Below are positions 1-9,344 of a stretch of 64,000 nucleotides of DNA, piece after piece. This DNA is from Bacteroidales bacterium H4 (GTDB lineage Bacteria > Bacillota > Clostridia > Lachnospirales > Lachnospiraceae): contig CAVJMX010000002.1 in the NCBI GenBank assembly GCA_963650795.1, positions 7,150-71,149 of the forward strand. The letters run 5' to 3'. The notes beneath the pieces are model-generated. The model saw only the letters and a program-made list of their open reading frames with translations. It had not been told where the DNA came from and did not search any database. Every line of letters begins with the position of its first letter. Within the stretch, counting starts at the first letter, position 1. Made by a program: the position numbers and the translations under genes.

Positions 1-1
1 C

Positions 2-322
2 GAGATCCGCAAGAAGATGTTCGTATTCGAGGATATCCTTCTGTTAGACGACAAAGCGATACAGCGTGTGCTGCGTGACGTGGACAATAACGATCTGGCA
101 GTGGCACTGAAGGGTGCCAACGAGCAGGTACAGAATGCGATCTTCAATAACCTGTCTAAGCGTCTGGTGGTTATGATCAAGGAAGATATGGAATTCATGG
201 GACCTGTCCGTATGAAGGATGTAGAGGAAGCACAGCAGAAGATCGTCAATATTATCCGTAAGCTGGAGGATTCCGGTGAGATCATCATTTCCAGAGGCGG
301 AGGTGACGAGATCGTTGTCTAG
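2..322 (+). CDS. fliG: Flagellar motor switch protein FliG, C-terminal part (5'-truncated by window edge)
   Basis: MFVFEDI...LAVALKGA...NLSKR...MGPVRMKDVEEAQQKIV is the FliG C-terminal domain; precedes fliH. Confidence 0.97.
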   Translation, partial: EIRKKMFVFEDILLLDDKAIQRVLRDVDNNDLAVALKGANEQVQNAIFNNLSKRLVVMIKEDMEFMGPVRMKDVEEAQQKIVNIIRKLEDSGEIIISRGGGDEIVV

Positions 323-1172
323 TAATCTTTTAAAACGGGGATTTACCAAGCTGGTGGAGGACGACACCAGAGTGATCAATACCAATGATCTGGTGGCAAA
401 GCGGATCCGGGAACTGTCTGCAAAAATGCAGCAGGAAGGAACGGAAGGTTTTGTCTCCGGATTGGCGGCAGATAAAGTGGACGCCCTGGTGGCAGATACG
501 GAAGAGTCCGAAGGGAAACCACAGCCTTCCGGCAATGTCATCAAAGCCGGAGAAGATTTACAGAAATTGAAAGAAGATGCCGAAGCACAGGCAGCGCAGA
601 TCTTAGAGGATGCCAAAGCCCAGGCGGAGAGCATCCTGCTGGATGCAAGAGCCCAGGCAGAGTCCGAGAAACAGAATGTGTTAGAACAGGCGAAAAAACA
701 GGGACTTGCCGAAGCTAAAGTCCAGGCAGACCGTTCGGAGGCGCAGAGAGAAGCTGCGTACCGGGAGAAGACTGCCGGACTGGATGCGGAATATCAGAAA
801 ATGATAGATGAACTGGAACCGAAGTTCGTAGATACCATCACCGGTATTTACGAGCATATTTTTCATGTGGATCTGCATTCCTACAGAGAGGTACTGTGTT
901 ATCTGATCTCTGCGACCATGAAAAATACCGAAGATAACAAGAGTTTTCTGGTTCATGTGTCCAAGGAGGATTATCCTTATGCCAGCATGCAGAAAAAGCA
1001 GATTACTGCCCAGGCAGCGTCACCGAATGCATCCGTGGAGATCATAGAAGACATGACACTGGGCAAGGGAGAATGCCTGATCGAGACAGAGGGCGGTATT
1101 TTTGACTGCGGGCTGGGAACACAGCTTGCAGAGCTGCGCCAGAAATTAAAATTGCTATCTTACGAAGGCTGA
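315..1172 (+). CDS. fliH: Flagellar assembly protein FliH
   Basis: Coiled-coil N-terminus, C-terminal GECLIETEGGIFD; between fliG and fliI; TTG start chosen from SD GGAGGTGA at 299-306. Confidence 0.9.
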   Translation: MSSNLLKRGFTKLVEDDTRVINTNDLVAKRIRELSAKMQQEGTEGFVSGLAADKVDALVADTEESEGKPQPSGNVIKAGEDLQKLKEDAEAQAAQILEDAKAQAESILLDARAQAESEKQNVLEQAKKQGLAEAKVQADRSEAQREAAYREKTAGLDAEYQKMIDELEPKFVDTITGIYEHIFHVDLHSYREVLCYLISATMKNTEDNKSFLVHVSKEDYPYASMQKKQITAQAASPNASVEIIEDMTLGKGECLIETEGGIFDCGLGTQLAELRQKLKLLSYEG

Positions 1173-1175
1173 TAA

Positions 1176-2498
1176 ATGGTCATAAAGAATATTAATTTTG
1201 AAAAATACAATAAAGTAGCGGATAAAACCTTCTACCGGAAGCTGGGAAAGGTAGTGAATGTAGTGGGACTGACCATAGAATCCGCGGGACCGGACTCCAA
1301 GCTGGGAGACCTGTGCCGGATCCTCCCGGAGGCGGAAGATGCAAAGCCGATCATGGCGGAGGTCGTGGGCTTTCGCGACAGGAAGACGTTACTTATGCCT
1401 TATGATTCCGTGGACGGTATCGGACTAGGCTGCGTCGTAGAGAATACCGGTGCCCCCTTAAAGGTAACCGTAAGTGACAAGCTGTTAGGCAAGACGGTGA
1501 ACGGACTGGGCATTCCCATTGACGGAGAGACCATCATCGGAGCTGCCTATCCTGTGGAAGCGGCACCGCCGGATCCTATGTCCCGTACCATCATCGATCA
1601 GGTGCTGCCCCTCGGCGTAAAAGCGGTGGATGGCATGATCACCGTCGGCAAGGGACAGAGAATCGGTATTTTCGCCGGATCCGGTGTCGGAAAGTCTACA
1701 TTGATGGGTATGTTTGCCAGAAATACCAAGGCAGACATCAATGTCATTGCGTTGATCGGTGAGCGTGGCAGAGAGGTCCGGGAATTCATAGAGCGAGACT
1801 TAGGCGAGGAAGGTATGCGCAGATCGGTGGTAGTCGTGGCGACTTCCGACAGACCGGCGCTGGAGCGTAATAAGGCGGCGAAGACAGCTACCGCCATCGC
1901 AGAATACTTCAGAGATCAGGGGAAGGATGTTCTTCTGATGATGGACTCACTGACCAGATTTTCCATGGCGCAGAGAGAGATCGGACTGGCCAGCGGAGAA
2001 CCACCGGTGACCAGAGGATATCCCCCAAGCGTGTATTCCGAGATGCCGAAGCTTTTAGAGCGCGCCGGAAGAGCATCGGTCGGGTCCATCACCGGTCTGT
2101 ATACCGTTCTGGTAGACGGCGATGATTTCAACGAACCGATCACGGATACGGCGCGAAGTATTTTAGACGGTCATATTATGTTAGACAGAAAGCTGGGACA
2201 TAAAAACCATTATCCGGCGATTGATATTTTACAGAGTATTTCCAGATGCATGAGTCAGATTGCTGCCAGGGAACATAAGCAGGCAGCCAATAAGCTCAAA
2301 AATGTACTGGCAACCTATAATGAAGCGGAAGACCTGATTAACATCGGTGCTTATAAAAAGGGCAGCAATCCCAACATTGACTATGCCATCTCCCGGATCG
2401 ACGCCGTGAACGGCTTTCTGTGTCAGGGCACAGAAGAGAAGTTTACCTTTGAAGAGACGGTGCAGATGTTAGAAGACCTATTTGCGGATCAGGGGTGA
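1176..2498 (+). CDS. fliI: Flagellar export ATPase FliI
   Basis: Walker A GSGVGKST, GERGREV, DSLTRF, GEPP motifs. Confidence 0.98.
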   Translation: MVIKNINFEKYNKVADKTFYRKLGKVVNVVGLTIESAGPDSKLGDLCRILPEAEDAKPIMAEVVGFRDRKTLLMPYDSVDGIGLGCVVENTGAPLKVTVSDKLLGKTVNGLGIPIDGETIIGAAYPVEAAPPDPMSRTIIDQVLPLGVKAVDGMITVGKGQRIGIFAGSGVGKSTLMGMFARNTKADINVIALIGERGREVREFIERDLGEEGMRRSVVVVATSDRPALERNKAAKTATAIAEYFRDQGKDVLLMMDSLTRFSMAQREIGLASGEPPVTRGYPPSVYSEMPKLLERAGRASVGSITGLYTVLVDGDDFNEPITDTARSILDGHIMLDRKLGHKNHYPAIDILQSISRCMSQIAAREHKQAANKLKNVLATYNEAEDLINIGAYKKGSNPNIDYAISRIDAVNGFLCQGTEEKFTFEETVQMLEDLFADQG

Positions 2499-2503
2499 GA
2501 TAA

Positions 2504-2956
2504 ATGGCAAAGTTCAGATACTCCCTGCAGAACATTCTGAATATCAAAGAAAAAATTGAGACGCAGGCAAAGCAGGAATTCGGAACGGCGCAGGCAGCAT
2601 TGAATGTGGAAATTGAACATTTGGAACGCCTGAAAGCACGCAGAAGAGAGTACGAAGCACAGTCTGCGGGTCTCTTAAATGGAAAACTGGATCTGCGTGC
2701 CATTGAAGAGAACAAAGAAGCATTGCTTAAAATGGACAGTATTGTGGCGACGCAGACAATCCGGGTGGAAAAGGCCAAAGAAAATGTAGAGGCTGCCAGA
2801 GAACGTATGGCAGAAGCCATGAAAGAGAGAAAAATGCATGAGACACTGCGAGAAAAGGCCTTCGAGGCATTTTTACAGGAAGAGAATCATGCGGAAAGCA
2901 AGGCAATCGACGAACTGACCAGTTATACCTATGGGCAGAAGACCAGGCAGGCGTAA
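2504..2956 (+). CDS. fliJ: Flagellar export chaperone FliJ
   Basis: 150-aa coiled coil, N-terminal FRYSLQNIL, C-terminal E..K.IDE; follows fliI. Confidence 0.93.
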   Translation: MAKFRYSLQNILNIKEKIETQAKQEFGTAQAALNVEIEHLERLKARRREYEAQSAGLLNGKLDLRAIEENKEALLKMDSIVATQTIRVEKAKENVEAARERMAEAMKERKMHETLREKAFEAFLQEENHAESKAIDELTSYTYGQKTRQA

Positions 2957-2978
2957 ACGAGACAACAGGAGAATTTAA

Positions 2979-3854
2979 ATGGCAAGAGAAAAGACTCCGG
3001 AAGAACAGACAACGGATAACGAGAGAAAACAACTGGCGGAAGAAAAGAAAAAACTGAAAAAAGAGCAGAAGGCGCAGCGGAAAGAAGCAAAACGCCGGGC
3101 AAAAGAGATCGCAAAGCAGGAAGATGCTTTAGACGACGGGAGCGAAGGCAGCAGCCTGCTTACGTTCGGCGCAACCATATTGATCGTAATTCTGTGGATT
3201 GCTGTGATCTGTGCAGTCATCAAGCTGGATATCGGCGGATTCGGAAGCTCCGTGGTGACACCTATTTTAAAGGATGTTCCGGTGCTTAACAGAATCCTTC
3301 CCAGCAATTCCATTACGGAGACTACGGACGGAAGCGCCTACGGTGGCTATACCAGCTTACAGGATGCAGTGGATCAGATCAAGAGTCTGGAGTTACAGTT
3401 AGAGCAGTCACAGACAGCATCCGCAGCCAAGGATGAGGAATTGGATCAGCTGAAAGCCGAAGTCTTACGACTGAAAGAATTTGAGGATCAGCAGGTGGAA
3501 TTCCAGCGTATCCAAAAGGAATTCTATGATGAAGTAGTCTATTCCGACAAGGGACCGGGTGCGGAAGAGTATAAGAAATATTATGAATCCATGGATCCTG
3601 CAACCGCAGAATATATCTATAAGCAGGTAGTAACCCAGCTGCAGGAGAGTAAAGAAGTGCAGGATTATGCAGCGGCATACTCTGCCATGAAGCCGAAGCA
3701 GGCAGCGGCCATTTTTGAAAAGATGACCAACAATCTGGATCTGGCAGCACGGATACTGAAGGTAATGAGTGCGGATGACAGAGGCGCTATTTTAGGCGCT
3801 ATGGATTCTGAAGTGGCAGCAAAGATCACAAAAATTATGGATCCGGAATCTTAA
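2979..3854 (+). CDS. MotE/YlxF-like membrane-anchored flagellar protein (MgtE-N-like C-terminus)
   Basis: One TM helix, coiled coil, YESMDP and YSAMKPKQAAAIF repeats; occupies the ylxF position between fliJ and fliK. Confidence 0.75.
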   Translation: MAREKTPEEQTTDNERKQLAEEKKKLKKEQKAQRKEAKRRAKEIAKQEDALDDGSEGSSLLTFGATILIVILWIAVICAVIKLDIGGFGSSVVTPILKDVPVLNRILPSNSITETTDGSAYGGYTSLQDAVDQIKSLELQLEQSQTASAAKDEELDQLKAEVLRLKEFEDQQVEFQRIQKEFYDEVVYSDKGPGAEEYKKYYESMDPATAEYIYKQVVTQLQESKEVQDYAAAYSAMKPKQAAAIFEKMTNNLDLAARILKVMSADDRGAILGAMDSEVAAKITKIMDPES

Positions 3855-3878
3855 GAAATTAAGCGAAAGCTCCGATAA
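3852..3878 (+). promoter_or_regulatory. Putative sigma-28 (FliA/SigD) promoter upstream of fliK
   Basis: TAAG-N15-TCCGATAA versus consensus TAAA-N15-GCCGATAA. Confidence 0.65.
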
Positions 3879-3948
3879 ATAATTTGTAGTATAATTACAG
3901 GTCAAATTACCTGACAAAGGGAAAGGATGACTTGGGAAAGGAGGAAAA

Positions 3949-5310
3949 ATGGCAGGAACGACAATCAAGGGCGTAGGTAACGGCAGCAATGTACAGATTC
4001 CGGATTTGACGACAGCAGCAAAGCAGAATGCGGGAACCAGCTTCCAGGCAGTATGGAATAAGACCCAGAGCAGTGCCCAGACAGCAAACGCGAGCACGAA
4101 TAGCCGTAATCGTACAGATCACAGTGATGGCAGAAGAGGTGATTCCTTAAAAAACGGCGACAGACAGCGGGACAATCTCGTGCATGCTTCTGATGACAAG
4201 GGAACGGACAGCGAGAAGACAGATGCAAAAGACCTGGAGAAAGCGCAGGAAGTGTTGGGAACCATTGTACAGAATCTGATCGGACAGATCACCGGTACTT
4301 TTTCCATCAGCGAAGAAGAATTGCAGGGAATTATGGATGATCTGGGAATGACCGAGATGAATCTGACAGATCCCACGAGCTTAAATGAACTCCTTATGAA
4401 CATCAGCGGCGCACAGGATTCATTTGCACTGCTCACAGATGAGAATCTGTATGGCAATGTAAAGGGAATTATGAATCTGCAGAATGAACTTGTGGGACAG
4501 GCACAGGAAGACCTGAAGCTGACTCCCGAAGAATGGCAGCAGACAGTTGCCGGGATCGCACAGGAGACTGTGGCGGAACCTGTGATTACCGTGGAGATGG
4601 ATGATGCTGTGAATACGACGGCAGGATCCCAGACGGGCGAGGCAGCAATCCAGACGCAGGAGCCGGAGATTTTAGAAAATCAGGCAGCGCAGAACACGCA
4701 GGGAGAGAAAGCCGGAAACTTTGGTGAGAAAGAGGAACATGCGGCGAATGGCGAACATGGCAATCTTCTGTTACAGAATCTGAAGGAAGGCAATTTCCTC
4801 ACACAGTTACAGCAGACAGCACAGACTGAGGAAGCAGGGCCGGTAGACACACAGGATATCATGCGTCAGATCATGGATTATATGAAAGTATCCGTAAAGC
4901 CGGACAGCTCTGATCTGGAAATGCAGCTGCATCCGCAGAGCCTGGGAACACTGCACATTCAGATGGCAGCCAAAAACGGTGTGGTCACGGCAAATTTCAT
5001 TACAGAAAATGATACGGTCAAGGCAGCACTGGAGAGCCAGATGGTACAGCTGAGGGAAAACTTCGCAGAGCAGGGCATTAAAGTGGAAGCCATCGAAGTT
5101 ACGGTACAGACTCATCCGTTCGAACAGAACTTAGAACAGGGCAGAGATGGCAACGGCAGCCGGGAGCAGGAAGCTGGTATCGGCAGAAGACGTACCCGGA
5201 GGATCAATCTGAACGCATCTTTCGCAGAGGAAGAGCCACAGACCGAGGAAGACAAAATTACCGCTGACATGATGGCGGCAAACGGCAATACGGTGGATTT
5301 TACCGCATAA
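3949..5310 (+). CDS. fliK: Flagellar hook-length control protein FliK
   Basis: C-terminal T3S4 domain (MQLHPQSLGTL...VKAALESQMVQLRENF); SD AAGGAGG. Confidence 0.92.
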   Translation: MAGTTIKGVGNGSNVQIPDLTTAAKQNAGTSFQAVWNKTQSSAQTANASTNSRNRTDHSDGRRGDSLKNGDRQRDNLVHASDDKGTDSEKTDAKDLEKAQEVLGTIVQNLIGQITGTFSISEEELQGIMDDLGMTEMNLTDPTSLNELLMNISGAQDSFALLTDENLYGNVKGIMNLQNELVGQAQEDLKLTPEEWQQTVAGIAQETVAEPVITVEMDDAVNTTAGSQTGEAAIQTQEPEILENQAAQNTQGEKAGNFGEKEEHAANGEHGNLLLQNLKEGNFLTQLQQTAQTEEAGPVDTQDIMRQIMDYMKVSVKPDSSDLEMQLHPQSLGTLHIQMAAKNGVVTANFITENDTVKAALESQMVQLRENFAEQGIKVEAIEVTVQTHPFEQNLEQGRDGNGSREQEAGIGRRRTRRINLNASFAEEEPQTEEDKITADMMAANGNTVDFTA

Positions 5311-5343
5311 CAATCTAAATAATCTAATAGAAGGAGAAAGAAA

Positions 5344-5991
5344 ATGGCATTAGTAGCACCCGTGGAAAACGGCAAGATCGTAGAGACAGCATCTCAGACT
5401 TCTGTGAAGAATTCTACGAAATCAAGCAATGACGGGATGGACAAGGAAGCATTTTTACAGCTTCTGGTAGCGCAGATGAAGTACCAGGATCCTCTGGAAC
5501 CTACCTCTAACACCGAGTACATATCCCAGTACGCACAGTTCTCACAGGTAGAGCAGATGCAGAATATGTCCAGCAGCATGGACTTACAGAGAGCAAGCGC
5601 ACTGGTAGGCAAGGAGGTTTACATCAAGACTACTACATCCTCCGGCGATACCAAACTGGTACAGGGCAGAGTCGATTATGTATCTTATGAGAGCAATAAG
5701 GCTTACCTTTATATTAATGAGCAGAAGTACTCCATTGATGATCTGGATTCTGTTGTAGATACAGATTATCTGAATGCATACAACAAAGCTTGCAACTTCA
5801 CTGTAAAACTGAACAAGCTTCCTAATGTCAACGGTATTGATTCCGGTGATGGCGAGACCATTGATGAACTGGAGAAGGAATATAACGATATGAGCGATTA
5901 TGAGAAATCCTTCCTGGCCAAAGATACCGTAACCAGTCTGAATAAGTACATCGAGAGACTGAAGGAGATCCGTGAGGCGGAAGAAAAATAA
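5344..5991 (+). CDS. flgD: Flagellar hook capping protein FlgD
   Basis: FLQLLVAQMKYQDPLEP...SQYAQFSQVEQM signature. Confidence 0.95.
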   Translation: MALVAPVENGKIVETASQTSVKNSTKSSNDGMDKEAFLQLLVAQMKYQDPLEPTSNTEYISQYAQFSQVEQMQNMSSSMDLQRASALVGKEVYIKTTTSSGDTKLVQGRVDYVSYESNKAYLYINEQKYSIDDLDSVVDTDYLNAYNKACNFTVKLNKLPNVNGIDSGDGETIDELEKEYNDMSDYEKSFLAKDTVTSLNKYIERLKEIREAEEK

Positions 5992-6018
5992 GCGGCTGAC
6001 GCAGAGGGGTGTTTGAAT

Positions 6019-6408
6019 ATGGATATTCAGAAAAACAGTTTTCTGTCCATTGACCAGCTGGCAAATCAGTATTTAAACAACAGTCGTAAGACAGTAAAAG
6101 CAGCACAGGAAAATCTGGTATCATTCCAGGAAATCTTACAGAACAAAAGTAACGATCAACTGAAATTTTCCAAACATGCTACGGTGCGGCTGGCAGACAG
6201 AGGCATTGAATTGACCAATGCACAGCTGGAACGCTTGAACGACGGAGCGCAAAAAGCGGGACAGAAGGGAATCAGGGATTCTCTGGTGATCGTGGACGAC
6301 CTGGCATTTATTGTGAATGTACCCAATAAGACCGTAGTCACTGCGATGGACAGCAGAGAAACCGAAGAAAATGTATTTACAAATATTAATGGAGCCGTAA
6401 TTATGTAG
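6019..6408 (+). CDS. Conserved flagellar operon protein (TIGR02530-like)
   Basis: LKFSKHA..RL..RGI and TVVTAMD....NVFTNINGAV; between flgD and flgE; start may be TTG 6013. Confidence 0.85.
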   Translation: MDIQKNSFLSIDQLANQYLNNSRKTVKAAQENLVSFQEILQNKSNDQLKFSKHATVRLADRGIELTNAQLERLNDGAQKAGQKGIRDSLVIVDDLAFIVNVPNKTVVTAMDSRETEENVFTNINGAVIM

Positions 6409-6486
6409 ACCGGACCTTAACGGAGGTTACACTCTTTTGAATGACAGAGAAAGAGTACGGTTCCGAACACAGGAGGAACAAGCACT

Positions 6487-8193
6487 ATGATGAGATCATT
6501 GTATTCTGGTGTAGCAGGACTGAAAACACACCAGACCAGAATGGACGTAATCGGTAATAATATTGCCAACGTCAACACAACAGCTTACAAATCCAGTTCC
6601 ATGACTTTCAGTGAACTGATGAGCCAGACCACACAGAAGGCCAGCGGTGCCAACGCTACTACCGGCGTTGGTGGTACCAATGCCAAACAGATCGGTCTGG
6701 GTGTTAAGGCAGGTGCTATCAACACGGCCATTACCACGCAGGGCTCCGCACAGTCTACCGGTAACCCCTTTGATATCATGATCACCGGAGACAACTTCTT
6801 CGTAGTCAGCAACGGCTCTGAGAATTTCTTCACCAGAGACGGCTCTTTCTATGTAGATGGTGCCGGCAACCTGGCAATGACCAGCACCGGTTACAATGTT
6901 ATGGGATGGGGCGTGGATGAGACCACAGGCAACATCAAGCAGGATACTGTAACCGCACTGCGTATTATGAGTGCTGCAAATATGACTTACCCCCCTGAGG
7001 CTACCACACAAGCGAATATCTCCGGAATCTTGGATCAGAATGACAAGGATGTTACCAGCGCCAACGGTAAAACAGTCAACCTGAACTTCTTCGATGCAAG
7101 AGGTTACAGCTATACTGCAAAGTTCACCTTTAAGCAGTCCGGCGGTGATAAGACCAATGAATACAGCCTGGAATTAAATAAGATTCTGGATTCCACCGGA
7201 AAGGAAATGGATATTTCGGGTATTACTTTCGGAGAGCAGAATCTGGAACAGACCTTAAGCTCTAAGCTTTCATTAAATACAGACTCCTATAAATGGGATG
7301 ATGCTACAAAAACGCTGCAGACAACAGCGACACCTCCGGAAACAGTAGCAGAACTTGATAAAATATTTAACAACGGTGCACTCATAACCGATAAGGACAA
7401 AGCAGAAGAAGTACAAAAGAATCTGGATGCCATTGCCAAGGCATATGGTTATGAAGGCTCTACGGATGAATTTTTAAAATTGTATACTACGGGAAATGCC
7501 GGTCAGTTGACTGTGCAGACAATGCTGGAAAATATGTCACAGAACATGACAGGAGATAATATTCTGCCGAAAGCCAAGAACGAAGAACTTACGATGACCG
7601 GAAGAAAGTTTGATGGTGCGAAGGTTGTATTTGATAAGGATAGTGGTAAATTGCAGAGTATCAATAACAGCACGACAAATCTTTCCGCAACATTGAATTT
7701 CCCGGCTTCAATGGGCAACTTCTCTAATATCACCATTGACCTGTCCGAGTGTACTAACTACGATAATAAGGGTACCTCCACTATCGGTGCTACCAGCGGA
7801 GACCTGGACGGACTGGGAACCGGACGTCGTCTGGGAGATATGATCGGCGTATCCATTCAGAAGGATGGTATGATCTACGCAAGCTATGACAACGGCATGA
7901 CCAAACTGTTAGGCCAGATCGCTACCGCAGCCTTTGCCAATGCTTCCGGTCTGGAGAAGGAAGGAGACAACCTCTACTCCGCGACACTGAACTCCGGTGA
8001 GTTCGACGGTATCGGTGTAGATATCACCGCAGGCGGCGGATACATGTCCACCGGTCAGCTGGAGATGAGTAACGTAGATCTGTCTTCTGAGTTTACCGAG
8101 ATGATTACCACACAGAGAGGTTTCCAGGCAAACAGCCGTATCATTACCGTATCCGATACCCTGCTTGAGGAACTGACCAATCTGAAGCGTTGA
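6487..8193 (+). CDS. flgE: Flagellar hook protein FlgE
   Basis: MRSLYSGVAGL...GNNIANVNT N-terminus; LEMSNVDLSSEFTEMITTQRGFQANSR C-terminus. Confidence 0.96.
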   Translation: MMRSLYSGVAGLKTHQTRMDVIGNNIANVNTTAYKSSSMTFSELMSQTTQKASGANATTGVGGTNAKQIGLGVKAGAINTAITTQGSAQSTGNPFDIMITGDNFFVVSNGSENFFTRDGSFYVDGAGNLAMTSTGYNVMGWGVDETTGNIKQDTVTALRIMSAANMTYPPEATTQANISGILDQNDKDVTSANGKTVNLNFFDARGYSYTAKFTFKQSGGDKTNEYSLELNKILDSTGKEMDISGITFGEQNLEQTLSSKLSLNTDSYKWDDATKTLQTTATPPETVAELDKIFNNGALITDKDKAEEVQKNLDAIAKAYGYEGSTDEFLKLYTTGNAGQLTVQTMLENMSQNMTGDNILPKAKNEELTMTGRKFDGAKVVFDKDSGKLQSINNSTTNLSATLNFPASMGNFSNITIDLSECTNYDNKGTSTIGATSGDLDGLGTGRRLGDMIGVSIQKDGMIYASYDNGMTKLLGQIATAAFANASGLEKEGDNLYSATLNSGEFDGIGVDITAGGGYMSTGQLEMSNVDLSSEFTEMITTQRGFQANSRIITVSDTLLEELTNLKR

Positions 8194-8221
8194 TAAAACT
8201 TAAAAATTCATTTGACTGCAT

Positions 8222-8251
8222 AAAGGGATAGGAGAAAAACCTGTCCCTTTT
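8222..8251 (+). terminator. Intrinsic terminator after flgE
   Basis: AAAGGGATAGG / CCTGTCCCTTTT stem with T tail. Confidence 0.75.
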
Positions 8252-8338
8252 ATGTACATAAAAGATCAAGGAACAAAAGTACTATATTGCGACGAGAATC
8301 CTGCTGAAATGTCGGAGAGCAGGAAAGGAGATGACTGT

Positions 8339-8524
8339 ATGATCGAAGTAACGAAGATCAATGGTGTCAAGGTTCTGGTGAATCCGGACCTGATCGAACT
8401 GGTGGAAGAGACCCCGGATACGGTCCTGACACTTACTACCGGAAAGAAAATAATAGTAAAAGAAAGTAGACAAGAAATAAAAAATCTTGTAATATTATAC
8501 AGAAAGGATATTTTTGCAACATAA
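8339..8524 (+). CDS. flbD: Flagellar protein FlbD/SwrD
   Basis: MIEVTKING...VNPDLIELVEETPDTVLTLTTGKKIIVKES; SD AAGGAG before ATG 8339. Confidence 0.92.
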   Translation: MIEVTKINGVKVLVNPDLIELVEETPDTVLTLTTGKKIIVKESRQEIKNLVILYRKDIFAT

Positions 8525-8546
8525 TGCAGAATGTCAGGTGATTTAA

Positions 8547-9344
8547 GTGGATATAGCATCTTTAGCCGGTATATTGCTGGCATTATTCATGACGGTATTT
8601 GGTATCATAAGCTCTGCAGGTGTGGGAGGATTCGGTGAATATCTGGATCCGGCTTCTGCGATCATCACCTTTGGCGGAGCCTTTTCCTGTACCCTCATGT
8701 CCATGAGCTTGCAGAACTACATAGCTGGATTGAAATCTTTCACGCTGATCTTCAAAGCGCCCACACTGAATACTTCGGATATGATCGGTAAGATCATTGA
8801 ACTTTCCAACGTAGCCCGTAAGGAAGGTCTGCTATCTCTGGAAGAAGCAGCGGCAGATTTAGAGGAACCGTTTCTTAAAAAAGGAATTCTTCTGATCGTC
8901 GACGGTACCGATCCCGAACTGGTACGTGCCATCATGGAGACAGAGCTTGTCAGCGTGGAGGGCAGACATAAGGATACGATTGGTTTCTGGGATACCCTGG
9001 CGGCCATGGGTCCTGCCTGGGGTATGATCGGTACCCTGATCGGTCTGGTAGATATGTTGTATCACATGGAAGATCCGTCCACACTGGGACCTGCAATGGC
9101 AGTCGCATTGATCACAACTTTGTACGGATCTTTGCTTGCTAACTGGATCTGTACACCGGTATCCAACAAATTAAAAGCGGATAATGCGATAGAAATGCAA
9201 CAGAAGGAAGTTATGATCGAAGGTCTGCTATCTATACAGGCAGGAGAAAATCCTCGTGTCATTGAAGAAAAATTAAAATCGTTCCTTCCTCCGAAGGACA
9301 GAACAAGTGCAGAGGGTGAAGAGAAAGCAGGGGGTGAAGCTTAA
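8547..9344 (+). CDS. motA: Flagellar stator A subunit (MotA/PomA/MotP family)
   Basis: ARKEGLLSLE, GPAWGMIGTLIGL, ALITTLYG, IQAGENP. Confidence 0.95.
   Translation: MDIASLAGILLALFMTVFGIISSAGVGGFGEYLDPASAIITFGGAFSCTLMSMSLQNYIAGLKSFTLIFKAPTLNTSDMIGKIIELSNVARKEGLLSLEEAAADLEEPFLKKGILLIVDGTDPELVRAIMETELVSVEGRHKDTIGFWDTLAAMGPAWGMIGTLIGLVDMLYHMEDPSTLGPAMAVALITTLYGSLLANWICTPVSNKLKADNAIEMQQKEVMIEGLLSIQAGENPRVIEEKLKSFLPPKDRTSAEGEEKAGGEA

Noticed and set aside
8285..8330. c-di-GMP riboswitch upstream of flbD-motAB
   Set aside because: Only a 7-bp hairpin (TCCTGCT/AGCAGGA); class I and II consensus elements are absent.
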